Shown here in pieces: positions 9,571 through 16,981 of a stretch of DNA of 40,123 nt. Under the pieces are notes generated by a model, which saw only the letters and a program-made list of their open reading frames with translations, was not told the DNA's origin and ran no database searches. Made by a program: the position numbers and the translations under genes. The stretch comes from a virus (taxonomy: Duplodnaviria > Caudoviricetes): IMG/VR virus record IMGVR_UViG_3300011443_000030, positions 1-40,123 of that record; one strand, 5' to 3'. Numbering within the stretch: position 1 is the first letter of the stretch; the number at the start of each line of letters is the position of its first letter.

Positions 9571-9768
9571 ATGTGCGACGGCAAAGAAATTCCCCAGATA
9601 AAACGAATAGGAATTGCATCTTCTGATGATCCTGAAAATATTGTTTGGAAAGATGTGGATGATAAATATTTCAGTGAGGGGGAAACAGCACCCGAACGAT
9701 ATCCCGAATCATACGAACACAGGATCACATTTATAGATAAAGCACCTCATTTAAAAAATAAAACCTGA
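9571..9768 (+). CDS. Small acidic hypothetical protein
   Basis: ATG 9571 directly after the upstream stop; 65 aa. Confidence 0.5.
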   Translation: MCDGKEIPQIKRIGIASSDDPENIVWKDVDDKYFSEGETAPERYPESYEHRITFIDKAPHLKNKT

Positions 9769-9792
9769 AAAGGTGGAGTCTGCCCTTACTCG

Positions 9793-9816
9793 CCCGGCGT
9801 AACTGCCGGGTTTTTT
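9793..9816 (+). terminator. Intrinsic terminator of the moron
   Basis: CCCGGC-GTAACT-GCCGGG-TTTTTT. Confidence 0.75.
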
Positions 9817-9822
9817 GTTAAA

Positions 9823-9847
9823 CCGGGGAGCCGCCAATGCTCCCCGG
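9823..9847 (-). terminator. GC-rich hairpin, probable terminator for the leftward small ORF
   Basis: CCGGGGAGC-N7-GCTCCCCGG perfect 9-bp stem; only a short T-run on the minus strand. Confidence 0.5.
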
Positions 9848-9855
9848 CCATAATT

Positions 9856-9945
9856 TTAACTGAATATCCACAGGATCACATCAACCAAACAAATAGCAAT
9901 GCGAATCCACGTATTCACAGATATCTTCTTCAAGAAGTTTTTCAT
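9856..9945 (-). CDS. 29-aa hydrophobic peptide, type I toxin-like (not in ORF track)
   Basis: MKNFLKKISVNTWIRIAICLVDVILWIFS; hairpin directly upstream, hairpin downstream, promoter element at 10082-10089. Confidence 0.5.
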   Translation of the reverse strand: MKNFLKKISVNTWIRIAICLVDVILWIFS

Positions 9946-10081
9946 AGAATGAGGTTTTATCGGTTAGGATTAAACCCTCATTTGATTTGGCAAGAGGACA
10001 GGCCAACGCTAAAAAATTTAGGCCTTAAGGATGGTCCCACCCACGCAACTGAAAAAGCTCCAATAATGGAGATATTAAAAT

Positions 10082-10113
10082 CAAAAGTAAAAAATCAAAT
10101 GAATATTGTCAAC
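10082..10113 (-). promoter_or_regulatory. Leftward Bacteroidota-type promoter
   Basis: Minus strand GTTG-N20-TACTTTTG. Confidence 0.45.
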
Positions 10114-10209
10114 CCCCTTTACGGTGAGACCAAATAACTTGCTTAAGCATAACGTTCGATTTGATTTTTTCCCTGCAATTCTGCTTTTTTTGTTTGTAAA
10201 CCTGTTGAT

Positions 10210-10248
10210 AAAAATCACCCCCCTGGGGGTAGAATGGGGGTTGACTTT
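10210..10248 (-). terminator. Probable integrase terminator
   Basis: C-run/G-run hairpin followed by TTTTT on the minus strand, right after the int stop. Confidence 0.5.
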
Positions 10249-11301
10249 TTACTTCATGTTCTTACTGAACTGCTCATTCTTTTCAAGTCCCAACGACTTC
10301 AGATAAATCTGCGTCATATCAAGGGAGTGGTGCCGCAGCTGCCGCATGATCGAATGAAGATCAATTTTTTCCTTGTATGCGGCCACAACACCAGTATGCT
10401 TCCAGGAATACAGCGTGAGATTCTTGTTGCCGAACTTCATGGATTCGAGTAAATCGCTGTGCATGGCGCTGACACGGTTCCTTCCCAGGCTCTCCGGTCC
10501 CGGTTTAAGTCCGCGCCCGAATAAAAACCATTCCCCTGGCATTTTATCGTATTCCATCAGCTTCAGTTCCTCCATAAATGCATCCGGGATCTCAACGGCC
10601 TGCTGTCGTTTATTCTTACTCTGGTGGCCCTGTATGATGATAGCTCCAAGGTCCATGCGGATATCACTCACCCGAAGTCGGAGCAGCTCTAATGGCCTTA
10701 TATACGTGAAATAAATGAACCTGGTAAAAAGCCTCAGCTCTGGGGTCATAGCTGCCCACAATTTAGCTCGTTGCTCATCAGTAAACGCAATGTTTTTTCC
10801 TACTTCCTGCCGGTATTTCTGCGTCCCTCGGAACGGGTTCACATAATCCTCATGGTTCTCGGCGTAATAATTGAAAATAGCAGTTAAAAAGCCCCTGATT
10901 CCGTTGATGGATTTTCCTTTCTGACCGGCACGCAGCAAACTTTCGAGGAACGACCGTGCCATAACCTTATTGATCTGGTCCATTTTGGTTTCCTTATCAG
11001 GGAGCCATTTCTCAAATGCGTTAATTGCGTAGTGGTAACTCTGCCAGGACCGGTGACGGAGCTGATTTTTTCTTAAGTCCACAATTTCCCGAAGGACTTG
11101 CAAAGCTGGAGGGTCCAGGATTACATAACCTACACGAAGAGCATTGTTAATTTCCCGTAGCATTTGCCTTGCAAACTGCCGACGTTCGGGAATAAGTTTT
11201 ATCTTATTTATCCCGCATCTTTTCTTGAAAAGTCTGCCATTTTTATCACGCCAGTAGATGAACCAATCCTTGGGATTGGCTGTCGAAAGTTTCGCTTCCA
11301 T
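10249..11301 (-). CDS. int: Tyrosine integrase
   Basis: IRPLELLRL (R), SKNK (K), YSWKHTG (HxxR-position variant), LRHHSLDMTQIY (H...Y); SAM-like N-terminal region. Confidence 0.92.
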   Translation of the reverse strand: MEAKLSTANPKDWFIYWRDKNGRLFKKRCGINKIKLIPERRQFARQMLREINNALRVGYVILDPPALQVLREIVDLRKNQLRHRSWQSYHYAINAFEKWLPDKETKMDQINKVMARSFLESLLRAGQKGKSINGIRGFLTAIFNYYAENHEDYVNPFRGTQKYRQEVGKNIAFTDEQRAKLWAAMTPELRLFTRFIYFTYIRPLELLRLRVSDIRMDLGAIIIQGHQSKNKRQQAVEIPDAFMEELKLMEYDKMPGEWFLFGRGLKPGPESLGRNRVSAMHSDLLESMKFGNKNLTLYSWKHTGVVAAYKEKIDLHSIMRQLRHHSLDMTQIYLKSLGLEKNEQFSKNMK

Positions 11302-11302
11302 C

Positions 11303-11495
11303 TGTTCCGAAATCTGTTCCGGGTTTTTTACAACTGACTGAAAATCAAATGCAATTTTGACTAAGTGCCCAGGACGAGATTAACTTTTCGAAGATATCGC
11401 TTCATATCTGCCTGAGCGTCAAATCCAATTTATTTCAATTTGGTCAGTTTTATAGTGAATTTTTGGACCTGTTCCGGGTGATTGTTCCGGGTGAT
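11303..11495. other. attP: core resembling a tRNA 3' end flanked by paired arm-type repeats
   Basis: TGTTCCG at 11303, 11315, 11470 and 11483; core 11365-11381 reads AATCTCGTCCTGGGCAC on the minus strand (T-loop tail, T-stem, acceptor strand, discriminator A; tRNA-Leu-like). Confidence 0.75.
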
Positions 11496-11779
11496 TATTG
11501 TCCTATCCTGGATATAATATCCATAGTTCGCTTTTCGCAAAAATCATCAACGAGTTTCTTAAATTCAGCTTCTTGTTCTGCAACCTTTTCTGATAATTCC
11601 TGACCTGTTGATCCTTTAATCTCCTCCTGCATTGTAAGTAGCCTTCTAATGATTAATTGATTTTGCCCTTCCTGCTTTGCCAGTAGCATAATAACCAAAT
11701 ACATGAATTGTTGAATACTAATTTGTAAAGGTTTTTCACTTAGCAACTTTTCAAGATCATCAACATTTACGTCTTTCAT
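11495..11779 (-). CDS. Hypothetical protein of the immunity operon
   Basis: 94 aa, co-oriented with and downstream of the repressor. Confidence 0.6.
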   Translation of the reverse strand: MKDVNVDDLEKLLSEKPLQISIQQFMYLVIMLLAKQEGQNQLIIRRLLTMQEEIKGSTGQELSEKVAEQEAEFKKLVDDFCEKRTMDIISRIGQ

Positions 11780-11784
11780 TCGAA

Positions 11785-12417
11785 TTACATATCAGCATAA
11801 ATAGTATATGGATTTAGACCGGGTAATGTACCAGGCGCTAGTATAAGTTCACTTACTTCTGTTGCCATATTATAAATAACGTATGGGTGCTCATTGCTTG
11901 TTTGAACATAATACTCTTGAAGAACCTTGCCTCCCATTTTGTTATTGCCACGCATTTCAAAAACGTATAAATATGAAGCAACCTCATTGAGTTTATTCCC
12001 CAGGCTATCGCCGATCGTTTTACATTTTTCTAATAAGACCTTTTCTTTTTCAATTTTAAGTTGCAATTTTTCTAAATCTTCTTTGGAATATGAGCCTGGA
12101 TAGCTTCTGTTAAACGATGAGTTCGACTTGTGCATTCTTTGATCTTCTTCAATTGACTGGGCGCAGTCCTTTAAAATATATTCCAGGTTTTTTCTATATG
12201 TAATCGAATCCAGGCATAAAAGCGAAACGAATTCATAGCTTTTGGGATCGTGCATTTCTTTTTGAAGTTTTCTTTCGATTGACTTCCTAACCATTCCATC
12301 TCTGTCAAGTATTTCTTCGGCTTTATTTTCCGATTTCCCTGTATTTTCTGCTGTTGGTTTACTATCTGTTGCACAACCCAATATCAGCACCAATGGAATT
12401 AATAAATGAATTTTCAT
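11785..12417 (-). CDS. Lipoprotein, superinfection-exclusion candidate
   Basis: MKIHLLIPLVLILG|C lipobox; sits in the repressor operon. Confidence 0.65.
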   Translation of the reverse strand: MKIHLLIPLVLILGCATDSKPTAENTGKSENKAEEILDRDGMVRKSIERKLQKEMHDPKSYEFVSLLCLDSITYRKNLEYILKDCAQSIEEDQRMHKSNSSFNRSYPGSYSKEDLEKLQLKIEKEKVLLEKCKTIGDSLGNKLNEVASYLYVFEMRGNNKMGGKVLQEYYVQTSNEHPYVIYNMATEVSELILAPGTLPGLNPYTIYADM

Positions 12418-12422
12418 GGCGG

Positions 12423-12851
12423 TTAGTTTTTTACTTGGTTTTTTAAAATTGCAATCGTCTCATCCTTCGATTCAATAATCCTTTCCAGAACTTTTATTGT
12501 TTCATCCCTGGCTTTAATAATTTCTTCAAGATGCTTTATATTATTATTAACTTCTTTAGAATCAGAAGGTGGGGTAATGGCCTTTGAGACTATGTCTCTA
12601 CTAAAGAAGTTTAAATCTACCCCAAAAAACTGGGAAATTCGTATCATAATATCTTTATTAAAAGTTTCGTTGGCAAGCATTTGCGAAAAAGCCGATTCAG
12701 ATTTATTGAGGTGTTTAGCCAGGTCCTTTTGTTTCAGGCCCCTCTTTTTTAATTCCGCTTGTATGATTTGAGAAAATTTATCCACTGATTTTAAGGTAGT
12801 TAAGTTAATTTTTAACCTGTTGTTTAAAACTTCTTTAGATTTTACTTGCAT
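12423..12851 (-). CDS. XRE-family CI-like repressor (true start may be further downstream)
   Basis: LKKRGLKQKDLAKHLNKSESAFSQML HTH; C-terminal coiled coil, no S24 peptidase domain; divergent from the early operon. Confidence 0.8.
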   Translation of the reverse strand: MQVKSKEVLNNRLKINLTTLKSVDKFSQIIQAELKKRGLKQKDLAKHLNKSESAFSQMLANETFNKDIMIRISQFFGVDLNFFSRDIVSKAITPPSDSKEVNNNIKHLEEIIKARDETIKVLERIIESKDETIAILKNQVKN

Positions 12852-12909
12852 TCTTTATGAATATGTAATTATCTTTACCACGTCTTTACGATTTCATAAC
12901 AAAGTAAAG
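12832..12909. promoter_or_regulatory. Lysis-lysogeny switch region: rightward promoter and operator-like repeats
   Basis: CTTG(12845)-N21-TATCTTTA(12870); TCTTTA at 12832, 12852, 12872 and 12883; inverted GTAAAG at 12904. Confidence 0.5.
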
Positions 12910-12940
12910 CCGCTTTTAAGCAAAAGAAAACGAAGATACA

Positions 12941-13153
12941 ATGTTTATACCTAAAAATCAACTAAAAAAGTGGGCCGGTCTGCGGGAGCAGGGCGACCTA
13001 ACTCATATGTCTGAGGAATCCGAAGCCATTTCCGGCAAGCGGATAACCCGACAAACATTAGCACTGGCGCTGGAAAGAGGAAAATGCAATGAGAACACAT
13101 ATAAGGTTCTACTCACCTTTTATTCCAGAAAAGAAGAAGCTATCCACCAATGA
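12941..13153 (+). CDS. Cro-like protein
   Basis: First rightward gene, 70 aa, HTH-like ITRQTLALALERG. Confidence 0.55.
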   Translation: MFIPKNQLKKWAGLREQGDLTHMSEESEAISGKRITRQTLALALERGKCNENTYKVLLTFYSRKEEAIHQ

Positions 13154-13332
13154 CCCGTCAGGAAGCCATATCGCGACTTGAAGACCTCAAGGTTGAGAAT
13201 GAAAAGCAGCGCCGGGAACTGGAGCTGATTAAAAGCTTGCTGACCCCACCGAAAAAGAAGGCGGTCGTGAAGAAAGATTTTACCACGCACATTAAGCGGT
13301 CACTTTCCAAAACTCCGAACATCTACAAATGA
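13150..13332 (+). CDS. Small basic hypothetical protein
   Basis: ATGA-coupled, 60 aa. Confidence 0.55.
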   Translation: MTRQEAISRLEDLKVENEKQRRELELIKSLLTPPKKKAVVKKDFTTHIKRSLSKTPNIYK

Positions 13333-13466
13333 AAACCATCAAACAAATCAATGAATTCTCCGAACACGCACTGGCAAACATCTGCTGTTCCGGAAATAAA
13401 GCATGGTCCGCAGCAGCGATGAAAGAATGGGGCCGGCGCAAAAAGCAAAAGAAAACTGCAAAATAA
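13329..13466 (+). CDS. Small basic hypothetical protein (45 aa; not in ORF track)
   Basis: MKTIKQINEFSEHALANICCSG...KKTAK; ATGA overlap with the upstream stop. Confidence 0.55.
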   Translation: MKTIKQINEFSEHALANICCSGNKAWSAAAMKEWGRRKKQKKTAK

Positions 13467-13503
13467 CTACCACAAAATACTACCACAGTTAAACTTCAGA
13501 AAC

Positions 13504-13851
13504 ATGACCGCACAAGTTACTTACGATGAAATCAATCCAGGAACACAGGAAGCAATCGCATCCAATCACCTGGCGCTTTTCGGAAACTCACTCAGAATGT
13601 TGGAAAACGACATTAACAGCACCATCATAGAAACGGAGATCGAAAACCTGGAAAAGATTTTCCGCATGATACAACATAATGAATCTAAAATACGCCGGCT
13701 CAATGCTGATTTGAAATCATACAAAGTGTTTCCGGCGATTTCCAAGCTGGTTAATGAAACGACAAACAGGATTCGCTTTCAGCATCGGGTGCGTCAGCGG
13801 TTGTTTGGAATGTGGAGAAGGAAGGTTGAGAGTATGATCACTCTCATATAA
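13504..13851 (+). CDS. Hypothetical helical early protein; main predicted antisense-RNA target
   Basis: 115 aa; its leader is complementary to the downstream sRNA. Confidence 0.65.
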   Translation: MTAQVTYDEINPGTQEAIASNHLALFGNSLRMLENDINSTIIETEIENLEKIFRMIQHNESKIRRLNADLKSYKVFPAISKLVNETTNRIRFQHRVRQRLFGMWRRKVESMITLI

Positions 13852-13852
13852 T

Positions 13853-13907
13853 GAAAAAGAGGGCAGCACCTACCACGGAAACTGCCCTCAGTTAAACTTT
13901 CAGAATC
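13853..13907 (-). ncRNA. Predicted ~50-nt antisense regulatory RNA
   Basis: Lies between a consensus minus-strand promoter and the hairpin GAGGGCAG...CTGCCCTC-TTTTT; tail and loop are complementary to early-gene leaders. Confidence 0.7.
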
Positions 13908-13908
13908 G

Positions 13909-13939
13909 CAAATATATAAAACTTCAATAACATGGCAAA
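13909..13939 (-). promoter_or_regulatory. Consensus Bacteroidota sigma70 promoter, antisense to the early operon
   Basis: Minus strand TTTG(13939-13936)-N19-TATATTTG(13916-13909), a perfect -33/-7 match. Confidence 0.75.
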
Positions 13940-14453
13940 TGAACCTTTAACACACTGGAAAAAATTAACCAACCCGAATTATATCGGGGCGTACACACTC
14001 GATCCAGGGCAGGATATGATCTTGACGATTCGTAACTGCATAAGAGAAACAGTAACCGGTGAGGCCGGAAAAAAAGAGGAGTGCACAATACTGTACTTCA
14101 TGGAAGCCGGAATAAAGCCAATGATCCTGAATAAAACCAATGCGAAGACCATTGCAAAGATTCACGGCACTCCTTACATACAGCAGTGGGCAGGTAAGCA
14201 GATTCAGATTTATTCAAAACAGGTTGATGCTTTCGGAACCACAACCGATGCGCTGCGGGTTCGTGATTTCGTGCCGCAATCAAAGCAGCTTGATATTACG
14301 GATGCTCTTTTCAAACTGGAATCATGCGAAACTGTGGACGAGCTGAAAGATGTGTTCCTGAAACTTTCTAAAGCGGAGCAATCCCATAAAGATGTCAAAG
14401 CCCGTACCGAAGAACTCAAAGAAGCATTAACCGCTAAAGCTACTCAGCTATGA
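13932..14453 (+). CDS. Putative ssDNA-binding/annealing partner of the exonuclease
   Basis: THWKKLTNPNYIGAY, KPMILNKTN and DALRVR motifs of a phage family; function inferred from adjacency to YqaJ. Confidence 0.5.
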   Translation: MANEPLTHWKKLTNPNYIGAYTLDPGQDMILTIRNCIRETVTGEAGKKEECTILYFMEAGIKPMILNKTNAKTIAKIHGTPYIQQWAGKQIQIYSKQVDAFGTTTDALRVRDFVPQSKQLDITDALFKLESCETVDELKDVFLKLSKAEQSHKDVKARTEELKEALTAKATQL

Positions 14454-15073
14454 TCGTACACGAATTTGAACAAGGATCACCCGAATGGTATAACATAAGG
14501 ATCGGGAAAGTTACCGGAACAACACTGAAAGATGTTATGAAGCCGGATAATCTGCCGCTGGTTGACTCCCTGATTGGACAGCTTCTCTCCGGTATGGGTG
14601 AGCTTGATGATTACATGTCCGACGATATGCAGCGCGGAATCGAGTTGCAGCCTATTGCAATTGATTTTTATCAGCAGGAGACTGGCCTTGTAGTTTCTCC
14701 TGCTGGCTTTCTGCAATCAACCAGGTTTGAGAGGTTCGGAATGAGTCCGGACGGATTGGTTGGTAAGGTCGGCGGTATCGAAGTGAAATGCCCAAAAACA
14801 AAAACGCATGTAAAATATTTGCGGATGAACCAGCTTCCGAATGATTACCGCTGGCAGGTGATCAGCGCGTTTATGATTAACCCGGAATTGGAGTGGTGGG
14901 ATTTTATCTCCTTCGATCCAAGAGTGTCACAGCGGCCTTTGTTCATTCACAGAACAAAGCGCGAAGATGTGACTGATGATATTAAATCCGGATTGGATGC
15001 ACTTGAAAAGTTCTTTGAAAAACTGGACAAATATCATAAACAGATTCTGTTCCCGGAAAAAGTTGCAGCATAA
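14450..15073 (+). CDS. YqaJ/lambda-exonuclease family protein
   Basis: EQGSPEW..R.G.VT, MQRGIEL, SPDGLV, IEVKCP, SFDPR motifs. Confidence 0.9.
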   Translation: MIVHEFEQGSPEWYNIRIGKVTGTTLKDVMKPDNLPLVDSLIGQLLSGMGELDDYMSDDMQRGIELQPIAIDFYQQETGLVVSPAGFLQSTRFERFGMSPDGLVGKVGGIEVKCPKTKTHVKYLRMNQLPNDYRWQVISAFMINPELEWWDFISFDPRVSQRPLFIHRTKREDVTDDIKSGLDALEKFFEKLDKYHKQILFPEKVAA

Positions 15074-15098
15074 TTATTCACCCTTAAAATAAAAACCA

Positions 15099-15731
15099 AT
15101 GTCAGACGACAAAACTTACCCAAATGAAAAAATCACCGTGAAAGGTGCAACCCTTTCCGATGATGGCTCCCTGTCTATTACATACGACAAATGGACCGAG
15201 AAATCCGAAACCGAAAGGTACCTGTCAACAATCGATGATGATTGCGATGCCCTGGTGCACGATGACCTTCGAAAAACTTTTAAAAAGTTGGTAAACCACA
15301 TGTGCAACCTCTGCGACCTGAAAGAAATGAAGCACGTAAATGTTCAGGAGGAACCTTCCGAGAAGCTGGATAACATTTCCGTTTCCGGTTTCAAGTTCAC
15401 CAACAAAGGAGGTGTGATCCTGACCGGCCTAAAGCGGTTCGGAAACAAGATCCTGAAGCTTTCCTCTCCGGAAACATTCACCGATGAAGGCCGGGAAACT
15501 TACCCGCATGTTGAGCAGTTCGCAACGGATATCGCTGATGCAATGTTCGAAGTGGAAGCTTACATCGGAGGTAAGTGTGCTGCCGTGCAAATGGATATTG
15601 GCTTCGGTGAAGATGAATCAGAGCAACCAGTTGCTGAAGAGCTTTCAAAAAAAACTCGTAGGGCTGCAAAGAAGTTGAAAGAAACCCTCGATGAGGCCGG
15701 AGTTACCATGTCGGTTAGTAAGGCTTCGTAA
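15099..15731 (+). CDS. Conserved hypothetical phage protein
   Basis: 210 aa; VHDDL, GGVILTG and EVEAYI.GK motifs. Confidence 0.65.
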   Translation: MSDDKTYPNEKITVKGATLSDDGSLSITYDKWTEKSETERYLSTIDDDCDALVHDDLRKTFKKLVNHMCNLCDLKEMKHVNVQEEPSEKLDNISVSGFKFTNKGGVILTGLKRFGNKILKLSSPETFTDEGRETYPHVEQFATDIADAMFEVEAYIGGKCAAVQMDIGFGEDESEQPVAEELSKKTRRAAKKLKETLDEAGVTMSVSKAS

Positions 15732-15775
15732 AAAATTAACGCAAGGCAGGATAGCCAAATGCTCGATCGTGAGAA

Positions 15776-15809
15776 GACCCCGGAACCAATAAGAAGCCGG
15801 GGTTATTTT
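15776..15809 (+). terminator. Probable terminator within the early operon
   Basis: ACCCCGG-N13-CCGGGGT-TATTTT. Confidence 0.5.
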
Positions 15810-15834
15810 AAACCTTCAACCAAAAACTACCACA

Positions 15835-16626
15835 ATGGCAAAAACTTTAATCTTCAAAGATCGTGATGAATTCCTGAAACGGGAGGACAAAACTATCAAT
15901 GGCGTCTCTCAGGAGTTCGCCGACAACAACCCGAAGTTTGAAGCGGACAACGCTTCAAATGAGGGTTGTTGGAACTGCCGCGATTGCAGCTCTTGCCGCT
16001 ATTGCAGCGATTGCAGCTCTTGCCGCTATTGCAGCGATTGCCGCTATTGCAGCGATTGCAGCGATTGCAGCTCTTGCCGCTATTGCAGCGATTGCAGCTC
16101 TTGCCGCTATTGCAGCGATTGCCGCTATTGCAGCTCTTGCCGCTATTGCAGCTCTTGCCGCTATTGCAGCGATTGCAGCGATTGCAGCGATTGCAGCGAT
16201 TGCAGCGATTGCAGCTCTTGCAGCGATTGCAGCTCTTGCCGCTATTGCAGCTCTTGCGAAAAAATCGAGAATGAAAAGCGACAGGAAAAAATGAAAGGCG
16301 AAAAATCACCTTTCATTATTCCTGTCATTCCCAATATCCACCAACAAGTCCTGGCGGCTGTATCTAATCCTGGTGCATTAGATATGAGCAGCTGGCACAC
16401 CTGTGACACAACACACTGTCGTGCCGGATGGGTTATTCATCTTGCTGGTGAAGCAGGTTATGAATTGGAAAAGAAAACCGATCCGATTTTCGCAGCAATG
16501 CAGATTTACAAAAAATCCTCAGCCATTCACGTCGGACCGAATAAATTTTTCGAGAATAACGAAGGTGCCCTGCAGGATATGGAGCGATGTGCAAAAGCAG
16601 AAGCTGAACTAGTGGAAAATAAATAA
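15835..16626 (+). CDS. Cys-x-x repeat protein with a WHTCDTTHCRAGW C-terminal domain
   Basis: The only frame with unique coding sequence on both sides of the repeat; A-rich leader. Confidence 0.75.
   Translation: MAKTLIFKDRDEFLKREDKTINGVSQEFADNNPKFEADNASNEGCWNCRDCSSCRYCSDCSSCRYCSDCRYCSDCSDCSSCRYCSDCSSCRYCSDCRYCSSCRYCSSCRYCSDCSDCSDCSDCSDCSSCSDCSSCRYCSSCEKIENEKRQEKMKGEKSPFIIPVIPNIHQQVLAAVSNPGALDMSSWHTCDTTHCRAGWVIHLAGEAGYELEKKTDPIFAAMQIYKKSSAIHVGPNKFFENNEGALQDMERCAKAEAELVENK
15976..16254 (+). repeat. 31 x 9-bp coding tandem repeat
   Basis: Units TGCAGCGAT (12), TGCAGCTCT (9), TGCCGCTAT (9), TGCCGCGAT (1). Confidence 0.95.
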
Positions 16627-16628
16627 CC

Positions 16629-16970
16629 ATGAATCTGCAAATCCAATTCCCGCCACATAAGAAAGAGCGCACAGCTGAAGGTACTCAGCATGTTCAGCAG
16701 AACGCTGTGAAGTTCGGAGGCAACAGCAAAAAGCTCATGCAGCACTGGCAGAAACAGAACATTCCACTTTCGGATGATAACGCGCGTGCATGGTTATCAG
16801 TTCGGAATCTGGCTCAACGTGTCGCGGATCTCCGGGACAATGGTGTGATCATCATGGCAGACTGGAATGAAATGAAAACTCACAAAACTTACAAACTCGG
16901 GTGCCAGTGTGCAGCTCCAGGAAGAGATACTACAGGATGCTGGTTGCATGATCCAAATAAGAAACTTTAA
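16629..16970 (+). CDS. Winged-HTH protein with a Cys/His tail
   Basis: LSDDNARAWLSVRNLAQRVADLRDNGVII; CQC...CWLH. Confidence 0.55.
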   Translation: MNLQIQFPPHKKERTAEGTQHVQQNAVKFGGNSKKLMQHWQKQNIPLSDDNARAWLSVRNLAQRVADLRDNGVIIMADWNEMKTHKTYKLGCQCAAPGRDTTGCWLHDPNKKL

Positions 16971-16981
16971 TAATATAAACT

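Noticed and set aside
10108-10245. 9-bp inverted repeat GTCAACCCC/GGGGTTGAC as an invertible element or MITE
   Set aside because: Short, one arm belongs to the int terminator, and there is no target duplication or dedicated recombinase.
9949-10452. Plus-strand ORFs 9949-10137, 10106-10306 and 10234-10452
   Set aside because: They overlap hairpins, a leftward promoter or the integrase, and have no recognisable protein features.
11365-11381. Complete tRNA gene
   Set aside because: Only the 3' 17 nt match; no D-arm, anticodon arm or 5' acceptor strand nearby.
15976-16254. Possible CRISPR array
   Set aside because: Units are contiguous 9-mers with no unique spacers, and no cas genes are present.
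15896-16309. Ala/Ile-rich, Leu/Gln-rich and reverse-strand Cys-rich ORFs over the 9-bp repeat
   Set aside because: The repeat units lack stops in those frames, so they are open by construction; only the 15835 frame has a leader and unique flanking domains.
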